Origin: Spirochaetota bacterium
GTDB lineage: Bacteria > Spirochaetota > UBA4802 > UBA5550
Length of the DNA: 39,557 nucleotides
NCBI GenBank assembly: GCA_050298055.1
Contig: JBNKTL010000048.1
Coordinates: forward strand, 1-39,557
Reading direction: 5' to 3'
The notes under the pieces: model-generated
The model's input: the letters and a program-made list of their open reading frames with translations, nothing else
Database searches by the model: none
What the model was told of the DNA's origin: nothing
Shown: positions 8,786 through 17,710 of the stretch, in pieces
Numbering within the stretch: the first letter of the stretch is position 1
Layout: every line of letters starts with the position of its first letter
Made by a program: the position numbers and the translations under genes

Positions 8786-10096
8786 TTACTCCTTGGGGAA
8801 AAGCAGGGTCATTGTTGTTCCTTCTCCCGGTTTGCTGCTTACGGTGATATCTCCCCCGCAGGCCTCCATGATCTTTTTACTGAGACTCAGACCCAGTCCG
8901 TACCCCCCTGAGTCCCTTGACCTAGACCTGTCCACCCTGTAGAAGGGCTCAAATATCAGGTCAAGCTCACCTTCGGGGATCCCTTCTCCCCGGTCCCTGA
9001 AATGGAGAGAGATCCGCTTCTCACCGGTCTCCGCAAAAACTTCCAGAGGTGTTGTGCTGATATCGGAGTACTTGGCGCCGTTCTCCATAATATTTTTTAT
9101 AACGATTTTTATCTTCTCCCTGCTGCACTTTACCGGCATATCAGTGCCGGTTATAGATACATATTCCTCTTTTAACCCAAGGTCATCCCGGACTTCCCTC
9201 ACAAGTTCAAACAGGTCAAGCTCCTCAGCCTCCCCGCTCTTTTCCCGGTGATTGAGCCTCTCTGTTTCAAGTATCTCGTCTATCATCTTTTCCAGCTCGC
9301 GGATATCATCGGCGATGTTCCTTTTCGCATCTTCATCTTTTACAAATTCCAGGGCGACCTTCATCCGTGTCAGAGGGGTCCTCAATTCATGGCTCACATC
9401 AAGGAGAAGCTGGTCACGGGAACGTATCATGCTCCCGATCCGCTCATTCATTGTGTTAAAGAGGGACACAAGACGGCTCAATTCATTGTTTCCCCGTACC
9501 GGGACCCTGTGATCGAGGTTACCCTCGGAGACTTCAACAACACCCGCCCTCAGGTCTTTTACCGGTTTCAGGACCTTTCTAATCAAGAGGTAGGCAATGA
9601 AAAAGACCAGGAAAACCGAGATGATAAAGACAGCAAGGAACTTCTCCCACCCCCGGTGATGAAGCTTTTCATCGGTAAAAAAGATAAATGTATACCCCTC
9701 CTTCTCCTTGAAATAGGCAAACCTGTGGGATTTCCTGTGCCTCAGGACTTCCCCCTCAAAGTAAAAATTCATGGCCCGGAACTCATCCGGATCAGGGACC
9801 TTTCCGGTTGTTGACCATTCAACACCGGGGCCCTTGATTGCGATCTGGAAAGAAAGCATACGGGAGATCTCCCCGGCCTTCTCCAGGTCCGGGGGAATCC
9901 CGATATCTTTTATGATGTAGTCTGTATGATGTGATATGTTCTTCACGACGATCCTGCCGCTTCTCTCCCTCACAAAGGAACGGAAGGTCCCGCCGATGAC
10001 AAGGTTCAGGAAGATGCCGGCCCCGATCATGATCACTATCAGCCGGATAAAGACGGAACCTGTCAACCTGGTAATGAAGCTTTCTCTATTCATCAT
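8786..10096 (-). CDS. Membrane sensor histidine kinase (2 TM, HAMP, HisKA, HATPase), CpxA/BaeS-like
   Basis: Two TM helices, HAMP domain, H-box VSHELRTPL, DRGEG, FEPFYR and GYGLGL. Confidence 0.95.
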   Translation of the reverse strand: MMNRESFITRLTGSVFIRLIVIMIGAGIFLNLVIGGTFRSFVRERSGRIVVKNISHHTDYIIKDIGIPPDLEKAGEISRMLSFQIAIKGPGVEWSTTGKVPDPDEFRAMNFYFEGEVLRHRKSHRFAYFKEKEGYTFIFFTDEKLHHRGWEKFLAVFIISVFLVFFIAYLLIRKVLKPVKDLRAGVVEVSEGNLDHRVPVRGNNELSRLVSLFNTMNERIGSMIRSRDQLLLDVSHELRTPLTRMKVALEFVKDEDAKRNIADDIRELEKMIDEILETERLNHREKSGEAEELDLFELVREVRDDLGLKEEYVSITGTDMPVKCSREKIKIVIKNIMENGAKYSDISTTPLEVFAETGEKRISLHFRDRGEGIPEGELDLIFEPFYRVDRSRSRDSGGYGLGLSLSKKIMEACGGDITVSSKPGEGTTMTLLFPKE

Positions 10097-10778
10097 CCTG
10101 CCTGAGGAAAGTATATCCTCTCCCCCATACGGTCTTCAGGTACTTCGGCTTTCTGGGATCGTCACCCAGCTTCTGTCTCAGCCTGCTTACCATGACATCG
10201 ATAGACCTGTCAAAGGAATCGGCATCAAATCCCTTTATCTTATCGAAGATCGTCTCCCTCCGGAGGACCCTTCCCTGGTTTCCGGTCAGAATGGAGAGAA
10301 GCTCAAACTCCATGGAGGTCAGGCCGATGTCCCGTCCATTCATTCTCGCGGTATAGGTGGTGGTGTCCATTTCAAGTTCTCCGAAGCTCTCCCTGTCACG
10401 ACTCTCTTTTTCGCCCTGCCTCCGGAGAACCGACTGTATCCTGGCAACCAGCTCCCGGGGCTCAAAGGGTTTCGGCATGTAGTCGTCGGCCCCCAGTTCA
10501 AGGCCCACTACCCTGTCGGCCACCTCCCCCCGGGCCGTCAGCATGATGATGGGGATATCATACTCCTTCCGTATCTCCCTGCAGACCTGGAAACCGTCCA
10601 TTCCGGGAAGCATCACGTCCAGGATAATAATATGGGGCCTGAACTTCTTCAGGAGTTTCAGTGCCGAATCGGGATCTGTCTCCGCCTGGGAGAAGAACCC
10701 GTAACGGGAGAAGTAATCTCCCAGGAGGGAGTTGAGCTTTGTGTCGTCGTCTATTATGAGTATCTCGATCTTTTCCAT
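10086..10778 (-). CDS. OmpR/PhoB-family response regulator, CpxR-like
   Basis: IIDDD, LDVMLP (phospho-Asp), KPFEPRELVARI and wHTH RSIDVMVSRLRQKL..TVWGRGY. The start could instead be 10823 (TAATG coupling with the upstream gene). Confidence 0.95.
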   Translation of the reverse strand: MEKIEILIIDDDTKLNSLLGDYFSRYGFFSQAETDPDSALKLLKKFRPHIIILDVMLPGMDGFQVCREIRKEYDIPIIMLTARGEVADRVVGLELGADDYMPKPFEPRELVARIQSVLRRQGEKESRDRESFGELEMDTTTYTARMNGRDIGLTSMEFELLSILTGNQGRVLRRETIFDKIKGFDADSFDRSIDVMVSRLRQKLGDDPRKPKYLKTVWGRGYTFLRQDDE

Positions 10779-10822
10779 TTGCGATGGTCCCGGTCCGGAG
10801 CGGTCCCGGACCGGTCTCTCCA

Positions 10823-11266
10823 TTAATACTTTGCGTGTCTTTTCCCGAACTCTTCAAGTTTTTCAGCCAGTTTCTCCTTCTGTTCCGGCTTCAGGATTCT
10901 GTGAAATTCCACGATCTTCTCAATGATGAAGGGCCTCATCTCCCTGTGCCGGGCTTCCTTCTCATCGAAGATCCTGTTTATCTCGTCAACATCAAGGGTA
11001 TCGCTTTTAACCAGCCTGATTACCCTCTCATGCATGGCTTTTCTTGTTTTCCGATGTTCCCTGAACTTCTCCAGGACTTCATCCTTGATCCTGTCAATCT
11101 CGAGCTTCTGGTCATCGGTGAGGTCAAGCTCCGAAGAGATCTTCCCGACGATCCACTCAGCCTTTTTCTCCGGAGACCCGTGCCCGTGCCTGCATCCCCA
11201 GAAGAGGGCGCCGGAAAAGAGCAGTCCCGTTATAAGAACCGATACTGTGATAAGTTGTGATTTCAT
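10823..11266 (-). CDS. Spy/CpxP-family periplasmic protein, possibly lipidated
   Basis: Signal peptide ending LFWGC, and LTxxQ-type motifs ELDLTDDQK and ILKPEQK. Confidence 0.9.
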   Translation of the reverse strand: MKSQLITVSVLITGLLFSGALFWGCRHGHGSPEKKAEWIVGKISSELDLTDDQKLEIDRIKDEVLEKFREHRKTRKAMHERVIRLVKSDTLDVDEINRIFDEKEARHREMRPFIIEKIVEFHRILKPEQKEKLAEKLEEFGKRHAKY

Positions 11267-11332
11267 ATTCCTTTCTCCTTTAAATGATCTTAAAGGCAAT
11301 CTATCATCAATGTTTATATAAAATATTTCAAA

Positions 11333-11349
11333 TTGTAACAATTTGTAAA
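11333..11349. promoter_or_regulatory. CpxR/OmpR-type direct-repeat box
   Basis: TTGTAAC-AATTT-GTAAA, i.e. GTAAC-N5-GTAAA, close to the CpxR consensus GTAAA-N5-GTAAA, about 70 bp upstream of the spy-like gene. Confidence 0.65.
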
Positions 11350-11567
11350 TACAATAAATTTTTTTCCGTATTTTTGCGAAAAAAAGATCCGACGCACTTT
11401 TTAACGACAATTGCTGGCACTCTCATCTGTTTTCCCAGGGCCGGGCCGGTTCTCTTCAAGAAAATCGAGGCCCGGCTGAAGATGTTCCTCACCATGGGGT
11501 TCAGGGGTAATGACCGGAAAAATGCTTGTATTTTTTCTCCTTCTCTTTCATCTTTATACAGTAGAAA

Positions 11568-12422
11568 ATGAAAATAAAAAAATTTATTGAATCCTTTAAG
11601 AACATCTATCATCACCTTACCTATTCCCTGGGAAGACGGCGGCGGTTTTTCCGGAGGATAGGAGGGATCTGCCTTGTGATCCTGGGAGTTCATGCCGCCT
11701 CGGACCTCCTGGACAATGCCGCCTTTGCCCTTATCAACACCCTGGACGGATGGGTGGATTCTCTTGTGATGAATTTTTTTGACTGGCTTGGTTCCTTCTC
11801 CTGGATATCCCCCGCAAAAACATCGGGCTATGCACAGGCCTTTATGAACCTCGTCAGCACCGAAGAGAAGGAGACAGTCTCCCTTGCCTTTGCCCTGGGG
11901 ATTGAATTACTGATCATTTTTCATATGGCAGGTTTTGCCTGGGGAATTCATGAAGACGACGTGACTCCTTCAGGGGGTTTCCGCCTTTTAAAAAAAGAGA
12001 TGAAGGAGGGGCTGTGGCCTCCGGATCTCGAGCGAATTTCCGTATTTCCCTCACTCCTTGCCTTTGCCTTTGCGGGTATTTTCATGGCAGCTTCAGGTAT
12101 TGAGACAATAGTCTATGACTGGCTGACCCTTTTCCCCCCGTGGAAATACAGCGGGAATCTCTCCGCCGCCCTGGGGCTGGCAGCCGCCCTTCTCTTTTTG
12201 ACCAGGTACTTTCCCCTTCTCACCTTCGGGGCTCTCAACCGGCTGGAGGAAAGATACAAAAAGGATTCCCGTAAAGAGTTTATTTCCGGAAAACCGGGGA
12301 GAAAAAAATGGTTGAGGGGGATATTTCCCGCCCTCATTGTCATGCCCACAGCCATTGTGGGACTTGTTCCGGGTTCGCAGATAAAAACTCTCATTCTGCG
12401 GCTCCTGGAGGGTCTCCTGTGA
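11568..12422 (+). CDS. Multi-pass membrane protein of unknown function
   Basis: 284-aa ORF with about 5 hydrophobic segments. Its stop overlaps the next start (GTGA). Confidence 0.8.
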   Translation: MKIKKFIESFKNIYHHLTYSLGRRRRFFRRIGGICLVILGVHAASDLLDNAAFALINTLDGWVDSLVMNFFDWLGSFSWISPAKTSGYAQAFMNLVSTEEKETVSLAFALGIELLIIFHMAGFAWGIHEDDVTPSGGFRLLKKEMKEGLWPPDLERISVFPSLLAFAFAGIFMAASGIETIVYDWLTLFPPWKYSGNLSAALGLAAALLFLTRYFPLLTFGALNRLEERYKKDSRKEFISGKPGRKKWLRGIFPALIVMPTAIVGLVPGSQIKTLILRLLEGLL

Positions 12423-13471
12423 CAATCAACGGGAAAAAACAGAAGGGCCTCCTTGATACCCTTATAGCATTAACACTCCTCTACGGGATCTATTCACATA
12501 CTCCCGTTGGGGCCCTGGCGGAAACAGGCTACAGGATCCTGGCAGGCCAGAAATACCGGCCGTCCCTCTTTGCCACCTTTAAAGGACGGGAAACGGAGGT
12601 CACTATTGACAGCAGTATAGTGGCGGAAAGGCTCCGGGGCATATCCATTAATCCTTCAATAACCCGGGCAGCAAAAAAATATAAGATTGACCCTTTCCTT
12701 CTCTACTCCCTGGTCCGGACAGACGGCAGATGCAATGGGAGCGACTGTACTCTTACATCCCCCCCTTATATTTCTGACTTTATCAACAGCCACGGGGATT
12801 CAGAGATAAAAGTTTCCCAGGCGGCGGATGCCATCTACAGGGCCCAAAATTCCCGGGGTTTTAACCCCGAACAGGGCGTGGAAGCCCTCTACTGCGGAAT
12901 AGAGAGCGTACGAAGGGCTGTGAGGAAAGCAGAAATTTCACAGCTGAAAAATTACCGGGAGGCAGCCGTTCACGCGGCCATGTTTCCTCCGGGGATCCGC
13001 CGGGGAGATCTCCAGAAGGCCCTTGCCGTTTTAGCCACCTACCGGGTCTCCACCCTTCAGTGGCCCATGGAACCGGGCCGAAAAATAACCTCACCCTTTG
13101 GTATGCGGAAGCATCCTTTCAAGAGTACCCGTGTCATGCATACGGGGGTCGATATCTCCGCCCCGGTCAATACTCCTGTCACCTCCGTTCAGAGAGGACG
13201 GGTCCACCTGGTTTCCCGGGATTCCGTAAGCGGGATATGGCTCAGGATAGATCATGGTTTCGGGATCTTTTCAACATACTGTCATCTCAACAGCATACCG
13301 GTAAGGGAAACAGAGTGGGTTAAGAAGAGACAGGTTGTGGCGAAATCGGGGAACACCGGGCTCTCAACAGGGCCCCATCTTCACTACAGCCTGAGAATAA
13401 ACAGAGAGCCGGTTGATCCGGTCAAGTACGGTTTTACCCCGGGAAATCTGACCGGGAAAACCACAAAATAG
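12419..13471 (+). CDS. M23-family metallopeptidase with N-terminal anchor and degenerate SLT-like segment
   Basis: M23 motifs ITSPFGMRKHP, HTGVD, YCHL and STGPHLH. The N-terminal part contains RAAKKYKIDPFLLYSLVRTDG. Confidence 0.9.
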   Translation: MTINGKKQKGLLDTLIALTLLYGIYSHTPVGALAETGYRILAGQKYRPSLFATFKGRETEVTIDSSIVAERLRGISINPSITRAAKKYKIDPFLLYSLVRTDGRCNGSDCTLTSPPYISDFINSHGDSEIKVSQAADAIYRAQNSRGFNPEQGVEALYCGIESVRRAVRKAEISQLKNYREAAVHAAMFPPGIRRGDLQKALAVLATYRVSTLQWPMEPGRKITSPFGMRKHPFKSTRVMHTGVDISAPVNTPVTSVQRGRVHLVSRDSVSGIWLRIDHGFGIFSTYCHLNSIPVRETEWVKKRQVVAKSGNTGLSTGPHLHYSLRINREPVDPVKYGFTPGNLTGKTTK

Positions 13472-13611
13472 GAGACGAGAGATATAAAATCATACGTCTC
13501 ATGAGACACAATGCATTTCATATGAATATCTTTATAAACTGTTTTCTGTTGACAGGAAGTCTCCTTCATGCTACCGGTAGTTAAAATTTGAAAAATGAAA
13601 AGGAGGATATT

Positions 13612-14286
13612 ATGAAAAAAAACTTAATTACGAAGCTTGCAATATCCCCGGTATTTTTATTGGTATTTTCATCAATAATATACAGTGACTCCACTGATCA
13701 TAATTTGGTAAAACTGAAAAGAAGCAGGGTTACTGCTTCATCGAAGTTAATCGAAAAGGGTCTTCCCCGGTCATTTTATAATCCTGAAAAAGCCGTAGAC
13801 GGGAATATGAAAACCTCCTGGTGCGCCGACGCAAAGGGAGAAGCTATTGCGGGACAGTCACTGACAATAGATTTTCAGCCAACAGCAGCAGACGGCTTTG
13901 CCTTTTTCCCCGGGGTGGGAGCAAGCGGTAAATGGTACAGGGCAAACAATATTATAACCCGGGCCAAAATAACCGTCACGGATAATTCCGGGGCAACGTA
14001 TGATTTTTTTACGGGGGGGAATATCGCAGATTGTTATGATCCCCGGGACGAGGAGCAGATTAAAAAGGGAAAAGATGTATGCGGATTTTCCACCTATTAT
14101 ACGGAAGGGAGTTATGTCGATTTTAAAAAGTATATCTGCGTAAAAAGAGTGAAGATCACCATTCTGGCCGTAAAGCGGGGTCTCAAATATGATGACACCT
14201 GTATCTCGGAAACAGGGTTAAGGATACCCGGAGGAGCGGTCCCGCCCCCCAGGACATTTACCGATTTCAGTGCAGGCTGTCGTTGA
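13612..14286 (+). CDS. Secreted discoidin/NADase-type glycan-binding-domain protein
   Basis: RBS AGGAGG at 13601, signal peptide, and motifs VTASSKL..YNPEKAVDGNMKTSWC, N..RAKI and ITILAVKRGLKYDDTCISE. Confidence 0.8.
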   Translation: MKKNLITKLAISPVFLLVFSSIIYSDSTDHNLVKLKRSRVTASSKLIEKGLPRSFYNPEKAVDGNMKTSWCADAKGEAIAGQSLTIDFQPTAADGFAFFPGVGASGKWYRANNIITRAKITVTDNSGATYDFFTGGNIADCYDPRDEEQIKKGKDVCGFSTYYTEGSYVDFKKYICVKRVKITILAVKRGLKYDDTCISETGLRIPGGAVPPPRTFTDFSAGCR

Positions 14287-14978
14287 CCGTCAAATTAAAA
14301 ATACCCTCCCCCAGGACTGCAGCTTTACTGATACTCTGGCTTATCTCCTTTTCCTTTTCTCTTGATGCGGGAACCTTTCGAAATATAACCTTGAAGGAGG
14401 AGCATCTTTCAATCTCCCTGAAAAGCGGTCCTGAAATGAAAGTTGTTGCGGATTTTTATTTCACCGGCCGGGAATTATCCGGGATGGTCCTTGCTTTTCC
14501 TGAGGATGACCGGACCTACTACAGGGACTTTCAGGCTGCCATGATATTATCAGGGAGCCCGGTAAATATTCCGGTAACCCGTAAGGCGGCCCCTCCGGAT
14601 CACTATTTCGATTTTCGAGTTGCCGCTTATCCCGTCCTTTACAGGATAGATATTCCGGAGAATATCAGGTCCTTTCACCACAGGGTCTCTTATAATGCCC
14701 GGCTTCCTTTATATTTTGCAGATGGATCGAAAGGAGAACGTCCTGAAGGTTATTTGGTGCACTATATATTGAAAACCGGCAGTACATGGAAGGGTGATGT
14801 AGACCTGCTGAATGTAGAAGTTGACCCGGGGCCCTTCAGATGTAAAGATCTGACACCCACGGTTCAGTCGGTTCGGGGAAGCTGCAGCGACGATGGGAAA
14901 TGGCATTACAGATCACGGAGCATTGAGTTGAATAAAGATGTAGAACTGGTTTTAAAAGTCAAGGCCAGGAGCAGATGA
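14283..14978 (+). CDS. Secreted DUF4424-like protein
   Basis: Signal peptide, ITLKEEHLSI, LAFPE and YILKTGSTWKG. TTGA overlap with the upstream stop. Confidence 0.65.
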   Translation: MTVKLKIPSPRTAALLILWLISFSFSLDAGTFRNITLKEEHLSISLKSGPEMKVVADFYFTGRELSGMVLAFPEDDRTYYRDFQAAMILSGSPVNIPVTRKAAPPDHYFDFRVAAYPVLYRIDIPENIRSFHHRVSYNARLPLYFADGSKGERPEGYLVHYILKTGSTWKGDVDLLNVEVDPGPFRCKDLTPTVQSVRGSCSDDGKWHYRSRSIELNKDVELVLKVKARSR

Positions 14979-15042
14979 AATCGTATATATGTTCAGGAAA
15001 GCGTAAAAAGAACATTTCGTAACTTGTCTGAAATACACCTAT

Positions 15043-16026
15043 ATGATGACTTTCCTGCTTCAGGCAATGTACGAAGAAATGGAAGTCATGAACGAAGAGC
15101 TCATTGACACTTCCGACGCATTGATGCAGTCAAACGAAGAAATCCATATTTTCAAGGAAATTGCCGATGCCTCGATTCAGGGATTCATTATTTCGGATGT
15201 GACGGGCACTATTACTTATTTGAATGAAGCAATGAAAACAGATAATTCTCAACATGGTCATCAACGCTCGTGATTCAATGCCCAGGGGGGGTAAATTATT
15301 GATCAGGACAGAGAATAAATTCTTAAGTGAAGAGGACTGCAGGCAGATTCCGGAAAGTAAACCCGGTCATTTCTCCTGTCTCACCATTAAGGATACCGGA
15401 TCGGGTATTGACACGGAAGATATGGACAGGATATTTGAACCCTTTTTCACCACAAAGGAACCGGGAAAGGGGACCGGGCTCGGTCTTTCCGTGATCTCCG
15501 GTATTATTGAAAAAAACGGCGGCTGGCTGACCGTGTACAGCGAGATAGGCAGAGGAAAACTTTTCCATATATATATTTACCCGCGGAAAAAGAAAGTATA
15601 AAAATCATCGAGAAGAAAAAACTGCCGATTAATAATCTCACGGGAAAAGGCGAAACTATTCTTATTGTCGAAGATCAAGATATGGTAAGAAAATTTGCTG
15701 CAATAGCGCTGTCCAGCAACGGGTATAAAACCCTGGAAGCTTCCACTGTTGCTGAAGGAAAAAATATTTTTAATGAGCACAGCGCAGATATTGACTGTAT
15801 TTTCAGCGACCTCCTGCTGCCGGATGATACGGGAATAGAGTTATTTAAACGTATTTACGAAAAAAATCATTCTATCAAATTTCTCCTGAGCAGCGGATAC
15901 ACCGATGAGGAGTCAAACAGGGAGGCGATCGTTGATATGCATTTTCCCTTTTTAGCAAAGCCCTATACACTTAATGAACTCCTCCAGGCTATATACGATA
16001 TTCTTAACCAGCAAACCCCCGGATAG
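15043..16026 (+). pseudogene. Decayed hybrid sensor kinase (coiled coil/PAS start, HATPase, REC)
   Basis: Three pieces in different frames. A PAS start (GFIISDVTGTITYLNEA) is joined directly to the N-box QIILNMVINARDSMP with no HisKA. G-boxes DTGSG and GTGLGL follow. A frameshift at (AT)5 15567-15576 separates the REC domain (ILIVED..SDLLLP..KPY). Confidence 0.85.
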
Positions 16027-16142
16027 TTTAGTTCCTTCCAAAGATATCAGATCTTTAATTTAATAAAAAGGACTAAATACCCTTTTATTACTCCATCGCT
16101 CTTAACGAATTTTTGTTTTATAACATAAAAAATGCTTGACTT

Positions 16143-16160
16143 TAGTTCTATATAGAACTA
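16143..16160. promoter_or_regulatory. MarR operator 1 (perfect 18-bp palindrome) overlapping the promoter
   Basis: TAGTTCTATATAGAACTA directly after the TTGACT -35-like hexamer at 16136. Confidence 0.85.
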
Positions 16161-16170
16161 TATTCTTCCC

Positions 16171-16596
16171 ATGGAAACTGACAAAATCATCAGCCTGATC
16201 TCAAAGATCAGGGACAGGGCCAACCGCTTAATAAGCGATCAGCTGAAACAGAGGGGAGTAAAAGGTATTGTTACATCACATGGGAACATACTCATACAGC
16301 TCTATCGGCACGGCCCGCTGCCCATGAACCGGCTTGCTGATCTCATCGGAAGAAAGAAAAATACATTAACAGTCCTTGTTGATAAACTCAAAAACGCGGG
16401 CTACGTGAGGTTAAAAAAATCAACGGACGACAACAGGATAACCATCGTGGAACTGACAAAAAAAGGAGAAGATTTCCAGCAGCAGTTTCAGGAGATTTCC
16501 CTCTTCCTGCTCAACAAGGTCTGGGGAGATATCCCCATCCGGGACCGCCGGTTAATTATTGACCGGCTTGAAAAAATATCCGGCAACCTGGAGTAA
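16171..16596 (+). CDS. MarR-family transcriptional regulator
   Basis: wHTH (LADLIGRKKNTLTVLVDKL..GYV) and wing motif DNRITIVELTKKG. Confidence 0.95.
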   Translation: METDKIISLISKIRDRANRLISDQLKQRGVKGIVTSHGNILIQLYRHGPLPMNRLADLIGRKKNTLTVLVDKLKNAGYVRLKKSTDDNRITIVELTKKGEDFQQQFQEISLFLLNKVWGDIPIRDRRLIIDRLEKISGNLE

Positions 16597-16618
16597 AAAT
16601 TATTTTTTTGACCATATT

Positions 16619-16632
16619 GTTCTATATAGAAC
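16619..16632. promoter_or_regulatory. MarR operator 2
   Basis: GTTCTATATAGAAC, the same core as 16145-16158, after TTGACC at 16608 and upstream of qorB. Confidence 0.85.
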
Positions 16633-16656
16633 TTATTATTTACGGAGGTACCACAA

Positions 16657-17520
16657 ATGAATAAGATCTTAGTAACCGGGGCAACGGGCCAGCTGGGCCG
16701 GCTCGTCATAAATGCCCTGTTAAAATCTCTGCCTGCGTCACAAATAGTGGCCGCGGCAAGAAACCTTGAAAAGGCAAAAGATCTCACCGCCCTTGGCGTC
16801 CATGTACGCCGGGCTGATTATGATAAGCCGGAGACCTTACCCGGTCTTTTTGAGGGTGTTGAAAAATCAATTCTCATATCATCCAGTGAAATCGGGAAAC
16901 GGGTCAAGCAGCACAAAGCGGTAATCGACGCGGCTAAACAGGCCGGTGTCAGGCTCTTTGTCTATACCAGCGTACTTCATGCGGATAAATCCACCCTGGG
17001 ACTTGCCGAAGAACACCGGCAGACCGAAGAGGCTATTCGCTCTTCAGGACTCCCCTTTGTCCTGCTGCGAAACGGCTGGTATACGGAGAACTATACCGCG
17101 GCAATTCCCATTGCCCTGGAGCATGGGGCAATCCTCGGAAGCGCCGGAGAGGGCCGCATTTCATCGGCAACCCGCAGAGACTATGCTGATGCGGCCGCGG
17201 CTGTCCTCACTTCCGGTGAAAACCCGGCCGGGAAGATCTATGAACTTTCCGGGGACCAGTCTTATACACTCACAGATCTTGCGGAAGAGGTCTCACGCCA
17301 GACGGGAAAGAGTATTGTTTATAATGATCTGCCTGAAGCTGATTATTGCTCAGCCCTGATTAGCGCGGGACTTCCGGAACCTGTTGCGGAACTGCTGGCC
17401 CAATCTGACGTATCCGCTTCGCAGGAGGCCCTTTATAGCACAGAGGATGACCTCAGCCGTCTCATAGGACGCCCTACAACTTCACTCAGCGAAGCTGTTG
17501 CTTCAACTCTCTCTGTTTAA
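16657..17520 (+). CDS. qorB: NAD(P)H:quinone oxidoreductase, QorB/YtfG type (NmrA-like SDR)
   Basis: VTGATGQLG, VRRADYD, LISSSEIGKR..QH, LRNGWYTENY and LSRLIGRPTT. Confidence 0.88.
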   Translation: MNKILVTGATGQLGRLVINALLKSLPASQIVAAARNLEKAKDLTALGVHVRRADYDKPETLPGLFEGVEKSILISSSEIGKRVKQHKAVIDAAKQAGVRLFVYTSVLHADKSTLGLAEEHRQTEEAIRSSGLPFVLLRNGWYTENYTAAIPIALEHGAILGSAGEGRISSATRRDYADAAAAVLTSGENPAGKIYELSGDQSYTLTDLAEEVSRQTGKSIVYNDLPEADYCSALISAGLPEPVAELLAQSDVSASQEALYSTEDDLSRLIGRPTTSLSEAVASTLSV

Positions 17521-17601
17521 GCAATATGTAAACAGAAGAAGACGATTTCACAGGGAACTGTCCGCAGGGGATAATTTAATTCCGGCGGACAGACCCGGCA
17601 A

Positions 17602-17629
17602 ACCGGCCGGTGTCCGCACACCGGCCGGT
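17602..17629. terminator. Strong hairpin between convergent genes, probable terminator
   Basis: ACCGGCCGGTGT-ccgc-ACACCGGCCGGT, a 12-bp perfect stem with only short U tails. Confidence 0.6.
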
Positions 17630-17710
17630 ACTTTCACGTAAAGGATAAACAATTTCAGGATTGCAGATCCGGAAAATCCCGTCAGGATATTTCCCGGTAC
17701 CGGAGCCCTG

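Noticed and set aside
9936..10826. 296-aa plus-strand ORF (similarly 24176-25192, 25183-25800 and 22550-23233 on the minus strand)
   Set aside because: These are antisense shadows of well-supported two-component genes, with no recognisable motifs or RBS.
17590..17640. GGCAAACC followed by a stem, like a c-di-GMP-I riboswitch
   Set aside because: No GNRA loop or GACGCAAAGC segment, and it lies between gene 3' ends.
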